From positions 1 to 64,000 of the forward strand of contig JASANG010003910.1 in the NCBI GenBank assembly GCA_030248215.1: 64,000 nucleotides of DNA. The letters run 5' to 3'. Below, in pieces: positions 25,602-39,990 of the stretch (positions are counted from its first letter, which is position 1; every line of letters starts with the position of its first letter). The position numbers were made by a program, and so were the translations under genes. The stretch comes from Enoplolaimus lenunculus. Taxonomy: Eukaryota. The notes beneath the pieces are model-generated. The model was given only the letters and a program-made list of their open reading frames with translations. It ran no database searches and was not told where the DNA came from.

Positions 25602-27110
25602 CAACATTTCATCAAACACATATTGAATGTAATAGAACTTTGAGTTTAAAAAATTGATTAAATGAAAAAGAGATCACAAAAGGCGAAAGTTTTCTATTCA
25701 ACATTTTGGTTCGTAAACTCAATCGTATGATCCAAAAACGATTAGACAACCAGTATATCATTGACTTGTTCGACGGTGTTATTTTGACACCTGCCGTACG
25801 ATGAATGTCTCGTTTTAGCAGTGCCCCGAAAAATACCACAATTTCTCATATTATCCGCATTTGCGTTGAACAATAGCGGATGAAATAAAATTACTACACA
25901 TGGTATGACTTATGGTGGCGTCTTACTTGTCGTTTGACGGCGCCGGTCCCCCATACGTATCGTATATACACATACGATGCCGCACGGCGGTGTACATGCC
26001 AGATTGTGCCAAACGGCGCCGGACGGTAACGAACGGCACTCAAAGTCATCAGTGCAGCGCTACTCTTAAAGTTCTCGCTAATGCACTGTAAAAATTGCAA
26101 TGAGTTAATTTTAACTCAGAATGAATTTAATCACTCAGTCTGAGTTAGGACTATCAGGATTCACAAGTCTGAGTTGATACAACGCATTCTGATTTAATTA
26201 ATCAACTCCCCGAAATCAACTCAACTCACATAGAAAATCAACTCAACTCAACGTGAGCTAAAGTTTACTGTTATTAACTCAGAAATAACTGAGTTGCCGT
26301 CTAATCGAATTTTCGATCGGTTTTATATAACAAACGTTTTTGTCGCAGTTTTGGTCAATGTTCTCGTTGTCTATGTTTTCGTTTAACTGAGTGGATTAAG
26401 AAAATTACTGCGAACAACCTTAGAGAACACATCGTTTTAACATCTGTGTGTCCAAAAATAAAGATATAATTATACAGGATAAGCGCAGCGGTGCTTAGCG
26501 CCTCTACTTCAGTAGTCTATTTCCGCACCTGTGAAACGTTTATATTTGATCTACGCGTGACAGGGTGTAAACAGGTAGTAAAAATAACGGAAACCGATAG
26601 TCATTCAAAATACCGAACACGAAACCGGAAACGGATACCGATTTTTACCAAAAGCGGATATCCGGTCACATCTGCGTGAAATTGTGGAAGAAAGTTGCAT
26701 AAAATTTTTTACAAAGGTTTTAGTATACTGCACAAACACCTAGTTCTATATGCGAAAATTTTAAGCTTATTTTCCGACATGTTTGGCATGGTTTAGATAT
26801 ATTCAAATTCAAAGCGTTCGACTTGAATACATGGTGCTGCCAATGGCCATGTACGCACTGTTTCTGGCAAGTTCCTTTGCCACAAAAGACTTTTTCCTTT
26901 TATGTTTTCAATTTCAACACTTTCTCACACGCAATTCTCTTATAAATGTTTATTGAACAAATCGGAAACTTTTGTGTATACTTTCATCTGGGTGCGCATT
27001 TATTTTGTGATTTCGTCAACTTTTCACCATTTCAAAGTTTTGATTATGTGATCAAAGCTGTCGTGCTTTTAGTATACTAAATTGCCAATAAATTTTTAAA
27101 CGTTAGTTTA

Positions 27111-27547
27111 CTGTACTGACCCGAATAAGAGGGGGAGACTGATATTTATTTGGCCTCGTCACAGAGTATCACCTTCTGTTATTCGGTTACGGACTGTTAG
27201 TTATTTTTAACCCACACTTCGCTACCCTTCGTTACTGATACATGTCCGGCATTGCAACTATCCATTGAATTAAACTATTATTCGTCATGTATCAAAAGCT
27301 TTTAGCGATAATGCAAGGTTAATATACTTAGGAATGTATTTTCAAACTTAACTACGCTTTAAAGTCTCGAACTCAACTTTATTCGGTCCTGGAGTCATTT
27401 ATGCATTACAATTAGGGATAATTGACATTTATGTACTCTAATTAAGGTTTAGGAACTCTATCCGTTTACGGATTCTTATTATTTGGGTTACGTCTCCTAT
27501 TGATTGTGACCTAAAAGGTGGACCCCCTCTTATTCGGATCACTACAG
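27111..27547. mobile_element. Tc1/mariner-like MITE copy in the opposite orientation
   Basis: Same TIRs as 10505-10941, flanked by TA on both sides. Confidence 0.8.
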
Positions 27548-29616
27548 TAGCATCAAATATAAACAATTTTTTTCAAAAAGCTAACAGCGTTTTGTATTTT
27601 TGATATGATTCCTTAAAGTTATTGAGGACTAAAAACGTAATAAATTACTAAGCCTACTATCGGTAAAAGTTGAATTTCAGTAAAAACAAGTATACATACA
27701 TGAATGATGTATATGCCAAACCGTAGTAAATTGATCATTGAAACAAATATTTGAAGGAAAAAGAGCTTTAGTCTTGGCTGTGGGATAAACAAATTGCAAG
27801 CGCGTACGATTGTTAGTAATGCGTTGCAACTGTAAGCACTAATTTTTACCTCGGGCCTGCATAGTTTTGCAATATATTGTATTAAGACGCGACTAAAAAT
27901 CGACGGAAATAATGTTTACACTGCAATAATAAACGTATATAAACTTTCGGTTAAGCATTTGATATCCGTCCGGTTCGAAAACTCTAAATTGCACTTCATT
28001 GATATACCCTTAATAATATGCAGCTTTTAATATCATTCAAGCGGAACATCTATCAGCCAAGTACAGGCTCGTAGCCGAAGGGGGCCAGGGACACAACCCC
28101 CCGTAATAATTTTGCCCCCCCCCCAAGAAATTTTTTAACTTTGCTTGTGAGTCAACGAAAACCGTTGTTTGCCACACCTGAAAATTGTTTAGCCTCCCTG
28201 GCAAGGTGAGCTGGCTATGGGTCTGACCAAGTATTTAATTATTTATGATTTGAAATGTTGGCGTAGCGTACTCCAAACCATATATGACCTATTTATGTCT
28301 TGAAAAAACCCAAAAAAATCGCTTTATACAATTTCACTTCTGTGGGCATCTTTAATTTTGGTTACTACTGCTGAAGACTGCCTTCTGTGGTTCATCGACG
28401 CTTATGTATCATTTCATTCGTTTCTGTATCCAATGTATAGAACAGAGCCGTAACAGTAGTATGAGCATATTCCTAAGCCTAAGCCTAAGCAAAAAATAGT
28501 ATATAGCTTAAGCTTACTCTATTGTAGCCCAGCAGAATAATGTTCCGCCACTGATCTTTACATGGACCGTTTTTGTTTCAGGTCTGCATATTTAGGGTAT
28601 AACCGAAAATCTGCGTTCGTCTCCGATTATGGCAGACCATCGACCTCGCCGGAGGTTCCAGCAAGTTCGGTAGTCAAATTTTGCATAGTTTTACACAATT
28701 TATTGGTTTAGTGTGTTTCCTTTCGCTTTTGATCCAATTTTGTAGAAAAAGTTACCGAAGTTGGTAAAAAATATTTAGCGTAAAAAGACCAAAAAATTTA
28801 ATAACGCCTCGCAGATATTTGGAAAAATTAGAAAATTAAACATTGTTTAACTGCCTAATTCTGTTTCACCTTAAATACGCTTCACCTGTCAACTTCGGCA
28901 AAACTTGTTGAGATCTCCAGCTCCAGTATTTTTCATCTCCGGTTGCACCCTGTTTCTGACATTTATATTTTAGCAGTTTGTTCATCATGAGCCGTACATA
29001 GCTCAGCGTAAACAGAACGCTAAATAAAATAACCATTTCCTTGCTTTGCCTACATTGCACGCCAGTTTGCATAGCCCAGCGGGTGCTACCCTACTGCTGA
29101 AATGATTATCTTTCATTTTTGGAATGGTACAAATTGTTTTAAACGCTGAATGTTCAAAAATACCAAGGGATTAAATTTCTATACTACGAGCGGTCTTGTC
29201 ATACATACGCTGCAACGCGTTAATTACTGAACAAATATCAACCAGCGACGATTTTAGTTTACGTATCACAATGGCCACCGTCGACCACGGCAGTAGCAGG
29301 ATGGGGGCAACCATAAATAGGCGAAGGCATACCCCTTAGGAACATTTTCACCCCCAGTGTCTTTCGACATCATTAGAAGAATGCTATGTTAGAAATATTT
29401 GTCTTTACCTCATCTACAGAAATGTTCTTGTCCGTTTTACTAAGAATTCTTTGTTCCGAGGCTGGGCATCAACAAACTGAAACCAAAAATAAACTATTTC
29501 ATTTTTACCCTTTAGAGTTCTAACGCAAAATAGGTATGTATCGATTGAAATTGTTAACCATGTAGTGTTATCATTTCACTCGTGGAATTGTTTTCGGTAT
29601 AACCCAGTGTTTAAAG

Positions 29617-29842
29617 TTTGATTTGGTGGGTTGAGAAATTTTGATTTTGTGAGCTGAGAAATTTTGATTTTTATGAGCTGAGAAAGTTTGATTTTGTGAG
29701 ATGAGAAATTTTGATTGAGAAATTTTGATTGAGAAATTTAGATTTTGTGAGCTGAGAAATTTTGATTTCATGAGCTGAGAAATTTTGATTGAGAAATTTT
29801 GATTTTGTCAGCTGAGAAATATTAATTTTGTGACCTGGAAAA
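29617..29842. repeat. Degenerate tandem repeat (TTTTGTGAGCTGAGAAATTTTGA-like)
   Basis: Seen directly. Confidence 0.8.
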
Positions 29843-31150
29843 CTTTGTAATTCTGTTGCGACATTTTCGTACACTTATTTGTAGTATAATGTCAGATACA
29901 TGCATTTGACCACGTATCGAGCGACATGTAATAGCAAAAAATTCACTATCAAAGGGAGGCGAAAAGCCAAACGCAAATCTACTTCTGAAACTTAATGAAA
30001 AATTTGGTTTGATCCCTGCTGGGGCGCCTCAAAATTTGAATGCCTCCTTGGATCCGTCTGTGCGTATATACAGTTTGAGCGTCCATTCTCTGGTTAATAG
30101 GATTACATGTCAGCATTCAACGCGTCAAACTTGAGTCGCGAACATTCTTACGGCTAGCCAATAAAACTAAGGAATTATTAATCAAATATGTATATGGTCA
30201 AATGCCTGAGTGCGTATAGCTAAATCACTGGTCATTCTAAAGTTTGTGATTAGCATAATTTTATGCAATCTACCGTTGACTTTTTCGAAACTACAAATTA
30301 TAATATATTCATAGTGTAGAAGCTGGATAACCACTAAATGGACTTCTGAATCTATTAGGTGTTTCCAAACTATGGGACGTTGCTTATCACATTATTCAGA
30401 AGTAACATTTGCTAAACTGGGTTTCTATAATGACCTCTTTTCACAGATATTGAAAGGTTTAGATACTCGCATGAATTAGACTTTAGGTTTAGTAGTTGGC
30501 TTAGGTTTAGGATTATGCTTGTGTAGACGAAGTATAATTCAGTATTGCCACTGTGAATTTTTTGTTGCAGTAGAGTGATTATTTAGTTAACACTTACAAT
30601 TGTAATACTAAGGGTGCATAATACTGTTTAAAAGTGTGCAACTGAGTACATGTTGTGTAGAAAACGATGTACTCAGGGCGCGTTGTGTTTTTGACCCAAC
30701 CCCCCTATTCAGTGGTTGTTGAAGCCACGCATCGCTCAAGCTATTGAAACAAGACAAATAAACGTTTAACTCAACGGACAGTTGTAGTACCAAATATATT
30801 TCAATAAACGAATGGTGGCAGAGCGTGAGTTAAAAATAAATAAACCGTCGGTAACCGAATAACAGGGGGTACCCTCTGCAGAGGCCAAATAAACATCAGC
30901 ATCCTTCCCCTCTTATACGGGTCACTACAGTAGGCTTAGGCAAGCATTTCCGACTACGGTTACGCTCCTGATCTATACAAAGGCCAACTTTCTTAACGTA
31001 TATATTGTTTAAAAAATGGTTTACCAGATATATTCGAGTTAACTTAAGCATTATCGTAGTTCCAGTATAGTGCTATGTGACAATATTTGTAAATGAATCA
31101 ACCAAAAGTGTGTCTTCTGAAACAATTTCCGGTAAAGATTATTATATCGT

Positions 31151-31424
31151 TTACTGGCTATGCCTTTGGTTGTCGTTAATATTTTATCTTTAGTCGTACT
31201 GAATAAATATGCGCCATCACACGTCACAACCTAATAGAGAAACACTGTTTGAATGCAATGTTTGTTAACAACTTTTATTTATGCATTATAATATGTCGTA
31301 TATGTATAAATAAAAGTTGTTAACAAACATCGAATTCAAACAGTTTGTAATAGGTTGCGACGTGATGGCCCACAGTTATTCACTACAACTAAGGTAGTAA
31401 CGACAACCGAGGCATAGCCAGTAA
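31151..31424. repeat. Long imperfect foldback (inverted repeat), probably a MITE
   Basis: TTACTGGCTATGCC...GGCATAGCCAGTAA, with paired arms running inward to ATGTTTGTTAACAACTTTTATTTAT / ATAAATAAAAGTTGTTAACAAACAT. Confidence 0.8.
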
Positions 31425-32060
31425 GCTAAGGTACCAAACCCATTGTTGGCATTTTTGGCCAGGTCTTTTTCGTATTTTTTCAGTTGGTAACACTAAGAAG
31501 ACCCGTTCGAGATTTTGGTATAACGTAACCTGGCGGTCTAAAAAGTTTTCTACGCCTTTGAAGCCGACTGCTAATCTTTATAAATGTGTAAATACACTAA
31601 GTTATGTGTATCGGTTGTTTTTGTTTCTACTATTATCTCAAGAATTTGACAAACTTATTTTACCATGCTTAGTTTTGAATATTTTGAGGGTTTAAACTGA
31701 GTTTTGTTCCGTCTCTTATTCTTAAACTTGAAATTTTTTATTTCACCTGGGTAGTTACCAGTTGAAATATTGTGTTCGTGTTTAAGCAAAAAATTGAAGC
31801 TTAAACAAATAGATGAAACATCGCTTAGACTTTGCTTCTAATAATTTTCAGGAGCGGCATTCAAAGGTTTTCAATATATAAGTTACAAGCAAGGTTGAAA
31901 ATTTTCTAGAGGAACAAAATTTTTCCTTGGGGGGGTTGAGCCTCCACCCTTGGTCAAGGGCCCATCCGCAAATATGATATATACCACAGTCTTCATGTGT
32001 TTTTAGGTGATTTTCCAATCACAGCCTAATGGATTGTAGAAAAAAACGATAAAAACTAAA

Positions 32061-35000
32061 ATGCAACGTAATTCTATTAATTATTATATTTTTGTGTCAC
32101 TAACGCGTGGTTCAGTCAACAATTTTAGCTTTGTATTGATTTTGGCTTTTTCCCTGGGCGTCGCTTTTACACCAGTGATCGCGCGAACTCGAGGGGTCGG
32201 GCTAACGCGAATTAACTTATTCGGAAAATATGGAAAGTTTCCGATTATGACAGGTAACAATATTTGATAGTTTTTGCTATATGATTGAATTATATCGAAT
32301 TCAAAATTGAAACTAACATTTAGGCGATGTTGAGAATAATTGCATTCACGGTGCCAATTACTCAAATTCTTGTTATTATTTTCACTATTATTTTATTGTT
32401 ACAGCTGTTGTTAATTTGTGATGTATAATGAATCGTATGCAAGATGTATATATTTTGTAGACGAAAGTACGGATTCTGGACCCCCTTGAAAATATCTTAT
32501 AGATCTCGACGAGATGAGTTCAACAATACTGCTTTTGTGGCCGCATGACCAACGGTTCAACAGTTACGGCCCTCGAAATTACAGTCCAAACACGCGGATG
32601 TTTGGAGAGGAAGTATTTTTCATTCGCATATTTGCACACTATAAGCTTTTCAAGGTTTATCCGTTGTACAAATTTGGTAGGTGGTTCTATATGTTTTGCA
32701 AAGCAAAAAGAACGGCAACTTTCAAGGGCCATCACTATTGAACCAGTGGTCCTGCGGGTACAGCCCTAATAATAGTACCGCTGACCTCCGCTTGTCAAAT
32801 TCTATAAAATAAATTATTTTACATTAAATTCCTAGGGGGTCCATATTCCATACATTCGCCTGCGTTGCTGGCCCGTGGGCCAAAGGGAGGGCCAGAGGGG
32901 GTGGAATGAGCCCCCCGGAAAAATTTGGCCCGCCCTCGAAAATTTTTAACTTCGCATATAAATCATTAAAAACCCTTGAATGCCCCTGCTGAAAAATATT
33001 TAACCCCACATAGCAAGGTGAGCTGGCTACGGACCTGATGCGTTGAAAACACAAAACTACTATAGCATTTTGAACTGATACCGTAATTTCGGTGCATGAA
33101 ACGCTGTCACTTGGTAAACTTTAATGAAGACAAAATTATTGGTACACAAATTTTGCTATTGATAAACTGAACATTCGCGGTTTAGTTTATATCACTAAAA
33201 GTATTTTCAGACGGTGTTCCTTACGGCAACACTCAATGGAACATTACTGTATCGCGTCATGTTCAACTCCAATTTCCTTTATGGAAACTTGCCGATTCCG
33301 ATTTTGCCATGGCGGCGATTCCAGCACGAACGTATTCGGCCCTACAGTATGGGGTTTTTCATTCGCTGTAAGAGAGACGTTAATACCGCCAGTATATTAA
33401 TTTGTATATTAATGAACCTAGAAGGATCACTATCAGATTGTAACCGGATATCTGTTTCCGTTTTCTGCAAAAGTCGGTGTCCATTTCGGTGTATAGAAAT
33501 ACCGGAACTTCTTTTATTTTTAACATCAAAATTAGTGTAAAGTTACGTGTATTATATGCTGCAATTGTTCGATAAAAATAAAAATTACGAAATTCACAAA
33601 GCTCGGTGAATATTTTAATGTTTTTTAAATCTTTTATACTTCTATATCCTATTTCCGGTTCCGTTTTGTTGTTATAATTTGAATGTAACCAAACCAACGA
33701 TAAAACAAAACAATTTACAATGACACAGACAGCTGATGCATGCATACAAGATGCTGGTACTGTTCCAATTGTGACACCATTCTGGCTGGCAGTTATAAAA
33801 TCGAAAAAAATTCCATTTGTGATGTTGACAAAACGTTCAAATTAATTATCAACCCAATTTTGGCCCAATTTAAATCGTACAATTTAATCAGACTCAGTTA
33901 TTTAGAGGCGGATCCAAAAATTTCTCACGGAAGGGCGGGCTGGCAAATGTTAGGAAACGCAAAAAAATTACAAGGTAGGGATCTTATCATTTTTTATTAC
34001 CAAAAAATTTTCTGAGGGCGAAAAATTGTACGGTAAGGCGCCTTACCATTTTATTACAAAAAAGCGGGAAAAATTGTAAAAAAGTTGTAAGGTAGAGGGA
34101 CCTTACCATTTTAACACGAATAATTTTCTAATGGGGGGCGTACGCCCCCCGCCCCGCCTCTGGATTCGCTAGTGATTATTTCGCGTCTAAAATAAACACT
34201 AAACATGGTTGAGCCTACGCCTAAGCCTAAGCGTAATTTTGAACAACAGTTCGTTACATTTGTACTCTGGCTTTCAGATATGTCACTCAAAAGAATGAAA
34301 GTCCACCATTCATCCGAAGCCTTGACCCTTACTTGACGTTTCAGCTGTTTAGTCCCATAGTTACGGCTGATCACGAATTTAAAGCGGTGTATCAAGAGCA
34401 TGCAGGTATATTTTTACATTGTTTCACCAAATATATTCGAAATATGTATGTTGTAGCCCAAGTCGTATAATTTAGCCCAATTCCGAATTGAGCTAATCCT
34501 ACGTGGAATTACGCCTTGGGATTGCCCAATTTGAAATTGGGCTGAATTACGGCTCCATATCTCGGCCGGTTACTACTCCTGTTTGCGAGCAGCCGCCGTT
34601 CAAAAAATAACTGACCGGGGACCCCGCTAAATGTATAATTGTTAAAACAGATCATGAATTAAAGCGATCACGAAGCCAAACACAATTTTAAAACTAAATC
34701 ATAACACTAAATTTTGATTTTGATCCTGTTGGCAGGGCAATATGTCTGGGTGGCGTTCATTGGGTTCGACTACGATTTGATATTTTGGAAATCCAACAGA
34801 ACGTCATACTCATCGTTAAATTTGTACTTTTAGATCTCGCCATCAACATATCCGAAATTACAATCAATATTTATAACATCGAAGAACTTTCACTGTACCA
34901 TTTTGTCAGACACGTTCCCAGCGAATCAGTATTTTCGCCGAAACAGCGAACATCGGATTCACCGACGCAACAACAAGACACACGTGAAAAAACAATCCTA

Positions 35001-37666
35001 AGCGGTGATTATACGCATATTTATGCAATTTCATTTGATGAAGCCGTTTTGCCGGCCGAAATTCAACTTCGTGGCAGTCTACATCGGCCAAATCACGTTC
35101 AAGTGTTCAAAAAGAGTTGGTCAAGCGCCAACGCATACTCGGATCAATGGTATTTAATTATGCTGGCCAATGTTACTTTAAGGGGCGTAACAGTAAATTA
35201 CGCGTGTTCCTAAGCCTTCGCCTAAAACTAACGCGTTGCAAAAATGCGTTCCTAAGCATACGCCTAAGCCTACAAGCCTAAGCAAAAAGATGCAATCTAG
35301 AATCTAAACCTACTGTTTCATAGACTCTGAAGAAACCTTGACGCCCCTTAAAGTAACATGGGCCATTAAGTTTATGAAATCAAAGTATTGTGATTTAAAC
35401 ACACGAGTCAGGTTAAATTGTAAATAATTCATATACCGTGGTATAAGTTGTTTGTAACATCGGCTCATGTAAACATCAGGTGCGGAACGTTTTTTGTGTG
35501 ACGAAAAGAGTAAGCTTAAGCTTTTGACACTTTTTTGCTTGGCTTAGGCTTAGGCTTAAGAATATGCGCATTCTTACGCTTAAAATTAGGCTTACTGTTC
35601 CGCCCCTGTTCTTTACATTGGCCGTAACATCTAACCAGTTATAGTAACAGGTTTTCAAACTATTGAATTGTCGTTGAGTACAATCCACAGAATCCGCCAC
35701 ATGAATAACTCAAATTTAGCGCAAAATTACGCTAAGTTCTAGCTTCATTATAGCTTGGCCCTGTAAATAGTTCGTAATTTCGGTTGCTCAAGGAAACCAC
35801 CAACTCCGCGTCTAGGTCCGTATTTCAATGAAGCTATAACGTTATGGTTCAGTAATGCAGTCGTTTTCCGCTTTTATTCCCCCAACACCGTATTAAAGCT
35901 ATACCGGTAAAGCGCAACAATGACACAATACAAGAAAATTGCTTATTCGCCGAACTTATTTCAAACCGATTGTGCCGAACGTTCCTTTGTTTAGGTGCTT
36001 TCCGCACGTCAACTACGATAACTTAGCTTGTTGTTTCACTAAGGTCACTTGCTCACACCGTTCAAAACAAATGTAATTTTCAACGTGACACCCCTGAGAT
36101 TCTCCGCAAATGATCCCCAAATAACCGTACAAAACCCCAGAAATCCCCAGAAAACAGCCGAAACTAACCCCGCAAGAATCGACAACCCCAGAAACAACAC
36201 CAAATGTTCCCCAGAATCCCCTTAACGCATCCCCAGAAACCATGAATTATCCCCAGGTACTGCCCGTAGGCCTTGCGCTATGCGCTCCGTTTGCCGAACT
36301 CCTGCTCACCGGTGCGCCGTAGGCTCACATAGGAACTACCGTGACAATTAATCCAGTTAAATCCTGTACGTCCAAGTTTCCCGGTAACCGCTATACAAAT
36401 AAACTAAGTCCGATAAATAATATTAAATCGGAAGTGAATGTGGTTCATCGTCAGAGGACGTTTTTGAGTCGCCAATTTGTGTTTACATTTTTCAGGTACT
36501 CAGGACAGTTTTATGATACCATCAAAATTGATATGAGACAAGCGTATTTGTTTTGCCATTACGACAGCTCAACCGCAGACTACATTGGTCACGACTATTA
36601 TGCAGCAAGATTTCGTTCGCTACGAGTGTTCTCAAATTCGTTGAGTAAGTGTCAAAAATAACAAATTTAACCACAAATCGAAAAACACTGTTACTTTTTC
36701 TGGCGTAAACTGTAGATGGAACATATTCACTAACCTGAACCTAAAGCTTCAACGTTAAGATAAGTTTAAAATTAGGTAAGCCTAAGCAAAAAATTAGTCT
36801 AAAAAGCCAAAGCCAACATTATTACAGAGTCCCGCTGAAAAACGGAATACGTTTATAATTAACACAGGATGGAAAATCTTGTAGTTATCTTGAAATGGAA
36901 ATATAGATACCTTCGCTTTTTAGGCTTGGGTGAGTGTAACGTCGGTGTATTTGTCTATTAAGACTGACGTCAATCGCAATTAAAAACTACCACCTCATCA
37001 GGAGAAAGCTACAAATCCCTAAAGAAAGTCTTGGTCATAAGTTGAAATCCGACTTTAGTCATAAAACTTTGCAACCGTGCATCAGTGTTTGAAATTGTAA
37101 ATTATTTTCCATTTTCAGTCATTCCATCTTCCACGACTACAATCACTTCGTTTCCACCATCAACCACTGACGATCAGTCAGGGGTTTCGTTCGTTTTAGA
37201 ACTCGAACCTCCACAGTCGCTTAATTCAGATGTCGACCAATCAAACGATCCCGTCAAAAATCCGTTTCATAAACACATTACACACGCCAACAATACGATT
37301 AATTCAGCAAATAGCGAGTTTAATTCAAAAATTATCGTCATGACGAACGGTCTGACGACAGATTTAAACACCAGTCAGTACAACTTGGACGATTCCAAAT
37401 TGCTTCAACAACGCGGCGACACCTCAGTAACCGATATGAACGAAAGTTGGTCATTTTTAAGCGCTTTCGGGACGACGTCCGCTGGTAACGGCCGCGGAGG
37501 TGAATTTTACAGCCTTATTTCAAAAGGATTAAAAATAAACAATTCTGACGATGCTTTATTGTTCCACAATGTTGTCAATGGAAACTACTACGCGTACTGT
37601 TTTCGTATCAGTTTAATTCAACTATGCTCACTCAGTGTATCAATATTAACGCTAAACTTCTATTGA
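32061..37666 (+). CDS. Uncharacterised secreted/cell-surface protein (about 490 aa) with a Ser/Thr-rich stalk and hydrophobic C-terminus (GPI-signal-like)
   Basis: Exons 32061-32253, 32503-32612, 33211-33367, 34834-35149, 36496-36644 and 37119-37666 join through GT-AG introns with matching phases (1,0,1,2,1) into one 1473-nt open frame. N-terminal hydrophobic stretch FSFVLILAFSLGVAF; C-terminal ISLIQLCSLSVSILTLNFY*. Confidence 0.7.
35462..35623. mobile_element. MITE family A copy
   Basis: Family A TIRs; TSD GTAACATC on both sides. Confidence 0.85.
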
Positions 37667-39990
37667 ATTTACCCAGTTCAGTTGTGTTCAACTCAAAGTG
37701 TATAATTTCTGTTGACGAAACAAAAAACTACGTTTGAAGTATTCACTGGACGGTAATACGAAAGTGACGAAAGGAGGTATTAGCTTCCTTAAACAGATTT
37801 TGACCCCTAGAAAGTTGGTGCCCCCACTTGATTAAGTCGGGTTAATTCTTCCGCCTACGTCTGTTAAAAGACTTGTGCCGCCAAAGTAAAACGTTGAGCT
37901 TGCTACGCTTCTGTGGATAATTATTTTTCGTTCATGCGGGGAATTATACGTTTGTTCAAAGGCGATACTGATTGTTCGTAAACCGGGTCCGTGTAAAGAT
38001 CAGGGGCGGAACGTTTTTCTGTGGGACTAGAAAAGAATAAGCTAAAGATTTCGAATTAATTTTTTTGCTTGGCTTAGGTTTAGGCTTAGGCGTAGGCTTA
38101 GGAATATGCTCGTTCTTACGCTATAGCTTAGGCTTAGGCCTAGGCTTAGGTATACTCATTCTTACGCTTAGGCTTAAGCTTAGGAATAAGCTTAATACTG
38201 TTCCACCCGTGTTCTTTACGTTGGCCGTAAAACTTTACCTTCTTCACGCTAATCCTTAATGATAATCGAAGTACAAAGAGGTCCTGCTGAATGGTATTAG
38301 TTGGCGACCAGCGAAGACATGATTGCTATGCCTCAGGACGCAAATCTCATTGAATAATATTGATTGTAACTATTTTTTATGCTTATCAAATTGTTTTTTT
38401 AAATTTCTAGTTGCTAATAATAATTGTCCACGTGTTATATTTAATGAGTTGTTGAAATGTTTAAATATCATATGATAATCCTATAAAATCAAGCAGAACA
38501 TGTAATATGCCGACGTTTTACCGCTTGTATCTTTGAATCTGACAGTTTCGCCCTGTTTGAGATCATTGAAATTCAATGTCTATAAATGGTATATATATCG
38601 AGAGTGGTCTGATAAGCCAAAATAGTTTTTAGGTTAAGAAATATCGTTGTTTTCAACTACGTATAGCACAACAAATGCTTTGATTTTTACAAATTTAGAC
38701 AACGATGTATAATGCTTTGAAGCTTACGTTCATCAATTGGGCCCATGAAAAGATCAGGGGCGGAACATTTTTATGTGCGACTAGAAAAGAGTAAGCTTAA
38801 AGCTTTAGACTATGTTTTTGCTTGGCTTAATAGGCTTTGGCTTGGTAAGCTTGTGATAACAGATTTGTACAGGAAAATTTTGTATGCGATAAGGCTGGTT
38901 AATAGTTGTCTACCGTCCAGATAGATTGAGCTCTTTGCACCGTAACCTATATTTTTAATGAGCACTTGTTGGTGAAATTTTTGGAGTATACAATTTACAA
39001 TTTTTCTCATTAAATATTTTGTCTTTTAGTCATTTTTATGTATTTGGCTAGATTATCTTAAATCGAAAGATGTTGTATGATTGACATTTGTGTGCGAAAA
39101 CCTGAAGCCGAATTTGCATCTTATATATCAGTTAATTTACTATATAACGTGTCTATAACAAGCAAAGAAAGTAAAGTACGCAATATGTACTGCAAAACGC
39201 GTTATATGCCATATGACGGGAACGCCAATTGATAGTTGAAAATTGATTTTAAACACACATATTTGATCGAAAAGAACAGTTTCTGAAAGTTTATAGCAAA
39301 CTATCAAACGTGGCGTTTTTACTTGCTGAGCGGTCACATGATTGTAGTTTGCACTTACATTAAAATGTTTCTAAGCTAGAAACAAATCTTGGCTCATGTT
39401 ATTTTAAGGGGCGTCCAGGTTTCTGGTGGGTCTATAAAAGAGTAGGTTTCGATTCTAGATTACATTTTTTGCTTAGACATAGGCTTAGGTTAGGCTTAGG
39501 CTTAGGAGCACACTTTTGTAACGATTAGGCTTAAACTTAGGCATAGGAATACGGTTAATCTACTGTTACGCGCCTAAAAGTAACATTGGCCCAAATTTTT
39601 GTAAAAATACCGTTTTCATTTGAATAAGCGGTCTAATTAATTAATGGAGGATATTCGTATTGTGTCTTTCTATTTTAGGGTCTGCTTGTTTTATTATTAA
39701 ATTGCAATGTCACTAAATAAACAATTCGTTATTATACAAACATTGTCATAATAGGCAAATCTAACTTTACTGTAAATTTCAGGGAGTTGATTTTAACTTA
39801 GAATGAGTCAGCAATACCAGAACTTAGAATTTTTAGTTGATTCAATTTACTCTGGCAAATCAACTAACTCAGAGTCAACTCAACTCAGAGCGAGAATCAA
39901 CTCAACTGACAGTGAGTTAATGATTGCCGAGGTTATAATTCAGAAATAACCAACTCGCAAGCTGAATTTTTTAATTCAACTCATTGCAAT

